A stretch of 64,000 bases of DNA from a virus. Its lineage: Duplodnaviria > Caudoviricetes. Position 1 is the first letter of the stretch, and each line of letters opens with the position of its first letter. The notes under the pieces were generated by a model, which was given only the letters and a program-made list of their open reading frames with translations, made no database searches and was not told the origin of the DNA. Location: IMG/VR virus record IMGVR_UViG_3300037400_002919, positions 4,424-68,423 of that record, one strand, 5' to 3'. The translations under genes and the position numbers were made by a program. Below, one piece after another: positions 49,749-57,532 of the stretch.

Positions 49749-50378
49749 ATGAAAATTGAGAGATTGAAAGTATATGACTTTGAGAATGCTATCAGAGCCA
49801 TGAGAGAGCCGATGAATAGTATGGACAAATCCGACAGTTATAACTCTAATCACGGTTTTGTTATTGGCAAAAATGACTTAAATCTGATGAAGAAGCTCTA
49901 TAAAGGCGGCAGCCCTCACTCCAAGTTCATGAGACAGATTCCAGTTTCTTTTGAATTAGTAAATGCTCCTGTGTACTGGCTGGCTGAGTTTGACACTTAT
50001 AAAGTCGGAGTAGTCAGGAATAGCAGTTCCTTCATGCACAAAGGCTTGTCGGAAAAATTCAGTCTTGATGATTTCGAAGTGGACTTTGCCAAAATGCCAG
50101 AACCAGAGAGAAGGGCTTTAATAGAGCTGATTGCTACTCTTAATATTATGAGGGCAGATTACCTGTCTACTAAAGACCCAGATATTTTCCTGAGAATCCG
50201 CAAGCTGCTCCCAATGAGCTATCGCTACAACAGCATGATTTCTACTAACCTTGCCGCTATTGCAAACATGATTGAGTGGAGAGAGAATCATAGGCTTCCT
50301 GAATGGAAATACTTCTGCAATTTCATGTTAGACAATATTCCATACCTCAGCGAGATAATGGGAAAAAAAGATGTATAA
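49749..50378 (+). CDS. ThyX-like flavin-dependent thymidylate synthase family protein
   Basis: H.KFMRQI, EFDTYKVG..RNS.S.MH, LPMSY, WRENHRL.EW..FC; lies between dut and nrdD. Confidence 0.65.
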   Translation: MKIERLKVYDFENAIRAMREPMNSMDKSDSYNSNHGFVIGKNDLNLMKKLYKGGSPHSKFMRQIPVSFELVNAPVYWLAEFDTYKVGVVRNSSSFMHKGLSEKFSLDDFEVDFAKMPEPERRALIELIATLNIMRADYLSTKDPDIFLRIRKLLPMSYRYNSMISTNLAAIANMIEWRENHRLPEWKYFCNFMLDNIPYLSEIMGKKDV

Positions 50379-50607
50379 GATAATTGTCATTTTGCTAGTA
50401 ACTCTTTTCCTTGCTGGCTGTACCCACTACGAAGAAGGGGATGCTGTCGACAAGTATAACCGTGCCCCTGCTGGCTACTTTACTGTTATTAAAAGAGTAG
50501 ACAATAGGCATTATATAGTCTCAGACCCTTATGGCAATAAATACTATGGAACTGCATCAGATAAATTCGGGCAAATCATAATAGGAGGAGAGTTCCACTG
50601 TGATTGA
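50371..50607 (+). CDS. Small lipoprotein
   Basis: Signal peptide ending in the lipobox LAGC. Confidence 0.7.
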   Translation: MYKIIVILLVTLFLAGCTHYEEGDAVDKYNRAPAGYFTVIKRVDNRHYIVSDPYGNKYYGTASDKFGQIIIGGEFHCD

Positions 50608-50697
50608 ATTTAAGGACAGAGAAAGAAACTATTATTTTAGACCTCAATTATGATACTTTTATAAAACAACTTTTTCTTAAAAAAAGGGGAAATAATA

Positions 50698-52830
50698 ATG
50701 AATGTTACAAAACACGATGGAAGAAACGAAGATTTCCATATCAAAAAGATTATTATAGCTGTCGAAAAGGCGGCTCATAGTGTCTATCCTGAAAAAACTA
50801 CTCATTCTCTTCCTTTGACAGTAGCAGGACAGGTGCTGGAGGAACTCGAAGGAAAAGAAGAAGCAACCGTGAACGAAATTCACGATATGGTTGAAAATGC
50901 CCTTATGAAACTCGATGAAAAGGTTGCAAAAGCCTATATTCTTTACCGCCAGCAGAGGACGAATATCAGAGAAGCTGGTAGCGAACTCAATAAACAGATT
51001 GATGCTATCGAAAAGGAAATGCACCATGACAATGCCAATACTGGTAACTGTGCCGCAAGCAAAATGTATGGTATAGCAGAGCTTGTCGAAAAGAATCACA
51101 ATCTGGCTAGAATGAATCCTGTCCATGCTCGCAATCACCGCACAGGAAAGGTTTATATTCACGATTTAGGATATTACAATCTGACTGTGAATTGTTTCTT
51201 TAGTCCTCTGGCAAAGATACTCGAAAAAGGATTTGACAATGGGGTAGGCACTCTTAGACCTCCTAAGCATATCGGGACGGCTGTCCAGTTGGCTTGCATC
51301 ATTTTGCAGTCTGTTCAGAATGATTTTTTCGGAGGACAGGGATTTTTACATTTCGAAACCGATTTAGCTCCTTATGTAGAAATGGAGTACATGAATCAGC
51401 TCGAAGAAATAAAAGAAACAAACAGTCGTTTTCATGGCAGCAATAACCCAGAAGATATGGAAAAGCTCGCTATGAAGCGTACCGAAAATGCCGTTCATCA
51501 GGCTATGGAAGCATTTGTAGCCAACATGAATACAATGAGAAGTAGGAGCGGTGCTCAGGTTACTTTTAGCTCCGTAAACTTCGGTACTGATACTGGCTGG
51601 TCTGCAAAAATGATAAGTAAGCATTTACTTCTTGCTTATATCGAAGGACTCGGAAAGGGAGAAAACCCTATTTTCCCTAATCTGTGTTTCAGGTTACAAA
51701 ACGGGGTTAACCTCCATGAGGGAGAACCTAATTTTGACCTGACAGAACTTGCTATTGAGTGTGTAGGCAAGCGTATCCAGCCTAGGTTCGTTTTTTGCGA
51801 TAGTCCTGCTTATCCTGACAAATGGAATGCAGGAGCGATGGGATGCAGAACCTCTGTGAGAAGTAATGTTAATTCCCCAGAGCAGTCCCCAGATGCAAGA
51901 GGTAACTTAGCATTTAATACAGTTAACCTTCCTATGATTGCTTTGGAGGCTAGGCAGAAGCAAATCGAAATGGAAAAAGACAATATGTATGTAGATGTTA
52001 TTGACGTTTTCTTCAATGAACTTGAAGCAACCTTAGAAGATGCCGCTAATCAGCTTTATGAGCGTTATCAGGTAATGAAAAATCTGAAAGTAAAAGATTT
52101 GCCTTTCGCTTCTCAGTGGTATCAGGGTCACGAGGGTCTTAATGAAAACGATACTATCGAGCCTATGATAAAGAATGGAACTCTTGGTATCGGCTTTGTA
52201 GGCTTGTCCGAATGTCTGTATGCCCTCTACGGGACAAACCATGTTCATGACTTAAAGGTTCAGGAAGTTGGTCTTGAAATTGTAAGGCGTATCAAGACTA
52301 GAGCAGATTACTCTACAAGAAAATGGAGCTTGAATTTTAGCTGTTTCGCTTCTCCTGCGGAAAGTGCTTGCCATACTCTTTTGAAAAAGACTAGAGAGCA
52401 GTTCGGCATCATTCCTAACGTCACTGACAAGGAATACTTTACAAATAGCTTTCACGTTCCTGTTTGGGAAGAAGTTGACATTAAGACTAAAATTGATATT
52501 GAAGCTCCATACCACCTGCTGTGTGCTGGCGGTGCAATTTCCTACGTGGAACTCGGCACAACCCCGAAGGACAACCCCGAAGGATTGCTCAGCATTTTAC
52601 AGTACATGGCTCAGAGCGGTATTGTTTATGGTGGCGTAAACTGGGAGCATAATTACTGTATGAGGTGTGGCTATCAGGGGCATTTCGAAGGCAATTGTCC
52701 TAAGTGCGGTAGCGATAAGATTAAGGTTACTGCTATCATCACAGGCTATTTGTCAGAGATTTTCAGATTTAACAAGGGCAAGCAGGACGAAAAGAAAGAC
52801 CGTGTATCGCATGGTGGCGGTAAACTCTAA
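50698..52830 (+). CDS. nrdD: Anaerobic (class III) ribonucleotide reductase with ATP cone
   Basis: N-terminal ATP cone (VTKHDGR.E.F), IHDL, SSVNFG, MGCRT, GNLAFNTVNLP, YFTNSFH, CMRC..CPKC, ITGYL. Confidence 0.95.
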   Translation: MNVTKHDGRNEDFHIKKIIIAVEKAAHSVYPEKTTHSLPLTVAGQVLEELEGKEEATVNEIHDMVENALMKLDEKVAKAYILYRQQRTNIREAGSELNKQIDAIEKEMHHDNANTGNCAASKMYGIAELVEKNHNLARMNPVHARNHRTGKVYIHDLGYYNLTVNCFFSPLAKILEKGFDNGVGTLRPPKHIGTAVQLACIILQSVQNDFFGGQGFLHFETDLAPYVEMEYMNQLEEIKETNSRFHGSNNPEDMEKLAMKRTENAVHQAMEAFVANMNTMRSRSGAQVTFSSVNFGTDTGWSAKMISKHLLLAYIEGLGKGENPIFPNLCFRLQNGVNLHEGEPNFDLTELAIECVGKRIQPRFVFCDSPAYPDKWNAGAMGCRTSVRSNVNSPEQSPDARGNLAFNTVNLPMIALEARQKQIEMEKDNMYVDVIDVFFNELEATLEDAANQLYERYQVMKNLKVKDLPFASQWYQGHEGLNENDTIEPMIKNGTLGIGFVGLSECLYALYGTNHVHDLKVQEVGLEIVRRIKTRADYSTRKWSLNFSCFASPAESACHTLLKKTREQFGIIPNVTDKEYFTNSFHVPVWEEVDIKTKIDIEAPYHLLCAGGAISYVELGTTPKDNPEGLLSILQYMAQSGIVYGGVNWEHNYCMRCGYQGHFEGNCPKCGSDKIKVTAIITGYLSEIFRFNKGKQDEKKDRVSHGGGKL

Positions 52831-52929
52831 ACCTATGACAAATTGAGAATTTGATAAAACCAGCAAGACCGCTCGTGGTTAGTTTTCGCTCCTGCCACGA
52901 GCCAAAATGCTCGGTTTGGGAAGGTAAGT

Positions 52930-53348
52930 ATGTCTACTTTAGCAGTTATTGAACATCTGCCAAATCTTGTCGAGGTTGGTGGAATTATATTTATAAAACA
53001 TGAAAGTCAAATGTATATAGGATGCAAAAGTTTGTGTGCATTGTCTTTCGTTCATTGTCGGACTTATATTCGTTTCAAGGGGTTTAGCTACGCAAAATCG
53101 CCATATCAAATCTATTGGAATGTGGCTCAAAAAAGTCACACGTTATTAAAGCGGCAAAGAATAGCAAATCTAAGATAGTTTGTATTCCTCTAGGAGAAAT
53201 CTGGCGATATGTTGATTGCATAAACAGTCTCCTGTCGAGACAGAAATACATAGACAAAGTATATGTTGACAGTGCGGTAAATTTAGCGAAAGAATTTTTG
53301 TTTAAGGAGGATAAAAACATGAACGAAGAAAATATTAATCAGAAATAG
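52930..53348 (+). pseudogene. Possibly frameshifted hypothetical (antirepressor-N-like?) gene
   Basis: ORFs 52930-53178 and 53115-53348 overlap at an A6 run (53129-53134); one extra A would give a single 139-aa ORF. Confidence 0.3.
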
Positions 53349-53354
53349 GGAGCT

Positions 53355-53910
53355 ATGACTACTGGTGTGTTTATGGACAAAGTAGAGAATTATTCCAAAT
53401 ACACTATCGAAGGAATGGAGAAGCTCTGTTACGCCTATAATACGCTCTGCAAGGACTATAATAACTTGTCTATTGACTACGCAGAAACAACCAGTAAGTT
53501 GCAGAACTGCGAGGAAGAAATCCTCCGTCTTAGAGAAAAGGCTCGTAAGTATGATGCCCTTATCGAATTAATTAAACAGGAGTAAAACAATGAAGTTAAT
53601 ATACGAAGCAAAAGTGAGTATAGAGATAGACCTCGCTAAAGCAGGAGTAACTAATGAAGAAGTGGAAGAAAAGATTAAGGAAGTTGGTCTTAGTGGCTTA
53701 AAGAAACATATAGAATGCTCTTTAGTCAAGACTTTTTTTCAACATTACCAGAAAGAGTGGAGAGCTTCAGTGTCACTACTACTTTGCTCGATATTCAGGA
53801 GTAGCAGACCTGTGGCGAATCGGGAAATCAATTTCGCCTACAAACACCTTTGGCATAGATTTTTTAATAATAGAACAACCAAAAATGCTTGGTTTGGAAC
53901 GGAGGAATAA
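53355..53910 (+). CDS. Two hypothetical proteins (53355-53585 coiled coil; 53590-53910)
   Basis: SD sites; the second may really end earlier via a T7 slip at 53733-53739. Confidence 0.5.
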
Positions 53911-53912
53911 TT

Positions 53913-54380
53913 ACGAGAATTGCAGGAACACATTCTACATCTCTGATAGATGGCTTCGGTGTCAATTTCACCATCTTTTTGCAGGGATGTAAACACCATT
54001 GCGAGGGGTGTCATAACCCTTCCGCATGGGATTTTGACGGTGGTGCAGAAGTAAGTATTGATGAATTAAAGGGGAAGATACTTTCTTATGTCCCCCCAGT
54101 AACAGGAGTAACCTTTAGCGGTGGCGACCCTGTTGAACAGCCTGAGGAAGTGGAAGCTCTGGCGAGATGGTGCAAAGAGAATGGTTTACAGACCACCTTG
54201 TATACTGGCTACACTTTCGACCAGCTTAGAAAAAATAACCTTATCAACGTAAATCTTTTTGATTATATTGTTGACGGAGAGTTTGACAAATCTCTGAAAA
54301 CTTGTCTCGTACCGTTCAGAGGAAGCGGTAATCAGAAGATGTGGAAAAATACTGGTAACGGTTTTATTCTTGTCAGCTAA
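53913..54380 (+). CDS. nrdG: Anaerobic RNR activase (radical SAM)
   Basis: CKHHCEGCHNP, GVTFSGGDP, YTGYT, VDGEF, FRGSGNQ; SD GGAGG points to ACG 53913 (track start TTG 53889). Confidence 0.92.
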   Translation, partial: TRIAGTHSTSLIDGFGVNFTIFLQGCKHHCEGCHNPSAWDFDGGAEVSIDELKGKILSYVPPVTGVTFSGGDPVEQPEEVEALARWCKENGLQTTLYTGYTFDQLRKNNLINVNLFDYIVDGEFDKSLKTCLVPFRGSGNQKMWKNTGNGFILVS

Positions 54381-54987
54381 TATTTTCGACCCTATCGAGA
54401 TAGATTCTTCTCTCGACCCCCTCGAAATGGCTGTCAATAAAGAAAAGTCTGATGAAGCATTGAAATGCCTAAAGTTATTGTTAGCAGAACTCACCGAAAC
54501 CCAACAGAAAATTTTATTATTAACATCAGAAGGTTATAAAGAGAACGCTATATCAAAAAAAATAGGCATCCCTCAGACGACAGTTTCCTATCATAAAAGG
54601 AAAATACCTAAGATTTTCGGCAAGCTAACTTCGGATGAAGAACTAGAGAAGATTAAATCTAAAATCGAAACTGCTAAACACAGCGGTAAAAAAGAGAAGT
54701 TAAAAAAAGAATATGAGCATAAGATTGCAATTCGGGAAGCGATGCAAACCCTCTCTAAATACTTGTTATCTTCTCCAATGGAAACAGAGACGGTATTCCA
54801 TAGTCCTACCCCTATCTTTACGTTTGAAAAGAAAAGGAAGGTCTGTACAGGAACTCGCAGGACAAGGGTATATGAGGGTTACAAGTATGTTTCCGACTTC
54901 GTATGCAAGATGCCAGAATATCTGTCAGAATGTGGCATAGGTGGAACTGTATGTACCCTGTGCAATAATTGCAAAAGAACAAGCTGA
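54370..54987 (+). CDS. Sigma-factor region-4-like HTH transcription regulator
   Basis: ELTETQQKILLL..EGY....ISKKIGIPQTTVSYHKRK; C-terminal Cys cluster. Confidence 0.65.
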   Translation: MSANIFDPIEIDSSLDPLEMAVNKEKSDEALKCLKLLLAELTETQQKILLLTSEGYKENAISKKIGIPQTTVSYHKRKIPKIFGKLTSDEELEKIKSKIETAKHSGKKEKLKKEYEHKIAIREAMQTLSKYLLSSPMETETVFHSPTPIFTFEKKRKVCTGTRRTRVYEGYKYVSDFVCKMPEYLSECGIGGTVCTLCNNCKRTS

Positions 54988-55016
54988 TTATCTCCTTTAT
55001 GGAGTCTGCTGCATAG

Positions 55017-55045
55017 GAAAACCCCCTTTTCAGGGGGCTTTTTTT
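55017..55045. terminator. Bidirectional terminator at the convergence of the two arms
   Basis: AAAACCCCC-tttca-GGGGGC-TTTTTT. Confidence 0.8.
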
Positions 55046-55049
55046 ATTC

Positions 55050-55259
55050 TTACTTTTCTTGTTCTTCAACAGATTCGATAGTCTCGTAAGTTTCATCTTC
55101 TACGACTTCTACATGGTCGCATTCTTTTTCTATGATACTGTCTACAAGGTCGGGGTAATCACAAAAACTATCCCCATCCTCTATCTTCCAGTCGTCAGGA
55201 ATATCTACTGTCACTTCCGCTACAACTCTTTTTGTGTACTTAATAGTTACTGTTCTCAT
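55050..55259 (-). CDS. Small acidic hypothetical protein
   Basis: 69 aa, D/E-rich, SD AGGAG. Confidence 0.6.
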   Translation of the reverse strand: MRTVTIKYTKRVVAEVTVDIPDDWKIEDGDSFCDYPDLVDSIIEKECDHVEVVEDETYETIESVEEQEK

Positions 55260-55271
55260 GGTAAATCCTCC

Positions 55272-55628
55272 TTATAAATCTTTCGGAAACAATTTCTGCA
55301 TCTCTAAACATTGATACACCCAACCTCGGATAACATCACTTTGAGTATACCCAAACCTAGAACAGAGATTTTTAAAAACCTCACGCACCTCAACAGGAAT
55401 ACAAATAGTGAGCTTGTTTACGTTTTTCCCTATATATGTATGTTCTGTTTTGTATAAATTAACATAGTCATAAGTAAGACTAGAAAAAATTCTTAATCTC
55501 ATATAATCGCCAATAGACGTTCCATGTTTTTGAACCATGTCAAGAAAATTCTCGTAGGCATCTTCTTCAATGTAAATTCTTATCCGAATATTGGACGATA
55601 ATTCTGCTGCATTTTCTGTTTTTCTCAT
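55272..55628 (-). CDS. Tandem ribbon-helix-helix DNA-binding protein
   Basis: Two strand-helix-helix repeats (IRIRIYIE...SIGDYMR; KLTICIP...TQSDVIR). Confidence 0.55.
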   Translation of the reverse strand: MRKTENAAELSSNIRIRIYIEEDAYENFLDMVQKHGTSIGDYMRLRIFSSLTYDYVNLYKTEHTYIGKNVNKLTICIPVEVREVFKNLCSRFGYTQSDVIRGWVYQCLEMQKLFPKDL

Positions 55629-56486
55629 TTATTTTCTCCTGTCAATCTTATTAACTGCTTCTTCTAAATCGTCCATGCTGACACCGATATACCTCTGGGT
55701 AATATTAATATCAGAATGTCCTAACTGCTCCTGAATAATTCTAAGCGGAACTCCATTCCTGCTCATTTCGGTAGCACAGGCATGACGGAAACTATGGCAA
55801 GTTAGCTTAGTGAAACCAGCACTATCACAGGCTTCACGGATAAGTCTACTAATAGAGCGGTCAGTCATTCTTCCGAATCGTCCCACTACTAAAGCTCTTT
55901 TGTCAATCTCTAAGGCTTCTGCTTCGATAGACGGCTTGTCTTTTAAGTATTTGTCTATTATCTCTGACAAGAAGCTAGGAATAACCAGCCTCCTATCCTT
56001 TTTGTTTTTAGGGTCACGGACAATCATATATACCCTGTCGCCTTTTCTCTCGAAGTCCTCTAAGTTCAGAGCCGCTACTTCTCCCACTCTAAGCCCTGTA
56101 TAATACATAAGACCTATGCATATGGCGGTTCGAGAATCAGCCCTATCCATTAGGTATTCCACTTCTTTTACCTCGGCAACAGGAGCAACCCTGCTGTCCA
56201 TCTTTGTTTCCTTCATATACCGAAGCATCTTTTTTGCTTCCTTGCTATCAAATTCGTCCTCAAAGTTAGTCAAGACAAATCTAAGAGCGGAGAACTTCAA
56301 AAGAATACTCTTGTTAGTCATTCCATCTTCATGGAATCGGGTCGTAGCCTTTACCAGAGAATCCAAACTAGGCTTTTCAGTAAACCCGAAAGACCTAAAA
56401 GCACTTTCGTAGCTAGAAACTGTATTCTTTGAGCGGTTGCTTTTTAAATACTCCATTGTTTTTGCATATATTTCTTCCCATGTCAT
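55629..56486 (-). CDS. Tyrosine recombinase (Xer/Cre-like, probable dimer resolvase)
   Basis: TGLRVGE, K..K.R, HSFRH, LGHSD, TQRY catalytic set; SD supports ATG 56486; own promoter TTGACG-N18-TATAAT at 56537-56508. Confidence 0.92.
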   Translation of the reverse strand: MTWEEIYAKTMEYLKSNRSKNTVSSYESAFRSFGFTEKPSLDSLVKATTRFHEDGMTNKSILLKFSALRFVLTNFEDEFDSKEAKKMLRYMKETKMDSRVAPVAEVKEVEYLMDRADSRTAICIGLMYYTGLRVGEVAALNLEDFERKGDRVYMIVRDPKNKKDRRLVIPSFLSEIIDKYLKDKPSIEAEALEIDKRALVVGRFGRMTDRSISRLIREACDSAGFTKLTCHSFRHACATEMSRNGVPLRIIQEQLGHSDINITQRYIGVSMDDLEEAVNKIDRRK

Positions 56487-56576
56487 AACAAATATCCTCC
56501 TTTTCAAATTATACTACAAGACAATATCAATCGTCAAGTAACCAAAACAGAAAACCCCAGAACAATGCTCCTAAAA

Positions 56577-56906
56577 TCATACTGACAACTCCTTTACAAT
56601 CTTTTCCCAGTATTCTTCGGCAACATCATCAGAGATAAATCTGTTGCTAGGGATGTTTTTTAATAACTTCTTAGCGGCAAGAACAACCCCTCCTAAGTCG
56701 TCTACAACCTTACGGCTTTCCCTCGACCTATCGTTATAAATAGCATCACAGGCTGTCATAAAGTCTCCGTAGCCAGTTACTTCTTCTTTTAGTTCCTCTG
56801 CGGAATCATACTTCTCTACTTCATATTCGAATCGAGATAGGTTCTTTACAATGTCATCTATCTCTACGTCTGCATTCATGCTAGTAGGTTCAATTAAGTA
56901 AACCAT
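56577..56906 (-). CDS. Acidic hypothetical protein
   Basis: 109 aa, SD AAGGAGAG. Confidence 0.6.
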   Translation of the reverse strand: MVYLIEPTSMNADVEIDDIVKNLSRFEYEVEKYDSAEELKEEVTGYGDFMTACDAIYNDRSRESRKVVDDLGGVVLAAKKLLKNIPSNRFISDDVAEEYWEKIVKELSV

Positions 56907-56920
56907 AATTCTTCTCTCCT

Positions 56921-57304
56921 TTAATAAATCGTCTTACAAATCTCGGCTGCTAAGTTCGCTCCTGCTCTCCTGTCAGAACCAGTCTTACTAACGGTGAATT
57001 GGTATCGGGTGTCACCATGATAACGAATTTTATAATGCTTACGTCCCTCAATAATTTCAAAACCTAAGTCTTTTAAAACCTTTTTAAGACTTGCATTCAT
57101 TTCGCTATATCCTTTAAGCAAATCCTTAATTCGCTTCTTCTTTTGGTCTATACTATTGGTCTTGTTTACCTCTAGGAAAGCGTTTAGAAGGTCTACTCTA
57201 CGCTTCTCCTGCGGATGGTCGGTAACATATTTAGATAGTATATCCAGAATAATATTTCTTGTTTCGTCATGCTCATACTCTAACTCATTTGACTTCTTAA
57301 ACAT
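56921..57304 (-). CDS. Protein with a HicA-like C-terminal domain
   Basis: LKDLGFEIIEGRKHYKIRY...FTVSKTGSD.RAG.N pattern. Confidence 0.45.
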   Translation of the reverse strand: MFKKSNELEYEHDETRNIILDILSKYVTDHPQEKRRVDLLNAFLEVNKTNSIDQKKKRIKDLLKGYSEMNASLKKVLKDLGFEIIEGRKHYKIRYHGDTRYQFTVSKTGSDRRAGANLAAEICKTIY

Positions 57305-57354
57305 TATTTCACTCCTAACTAATTATTAATTAACTATTATTTATTTACTAACTA

Positions 57355-57384
57355 ATTATAGCACATTACACGCTATTTTGTCAA
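57355..57384 (-). promoter_or_regulatory. Early promoter with ATAGC-N9-GCTAT palindrome
   Basis: TTGACA-N18-TATAAT plus TG on the minus strand. Confidence 0.75.
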
Positions 57385-57532
57385 GACCTATTTCGATTTT
57401 CAATTCCTGTCAGGGAACGCCCTGCGGTTCGACAGAAAATTTATTTAATCTGTTTGGTCGCAAAACGCTCCCTTTGGAATCGCCTTAGTCTATTGGGACA
57501 ATAAGGAATAACTCTCTGGCATCATAATTTTC

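Noticed and set aside
50600-50700. 17-codon ORF and possible frameshifted remnant before nrdD
   Set aside because: Too short, no motif; cannot be distinguished from noise.
34259-52830. Inteins in DnaE, helicase or NrdD
   Set aside because: No C/S...HN splice motifs or in-frame insertions seen; the dnaE interruption begins with a stop codon and has group I RNA elements.
55629-56507. Recombinase as evidence of chromosomal integration
   Set aside because: No host genes, tRNA or att-like junction in the window; a plasmid replicon is present, so resolution is more parsimonious.
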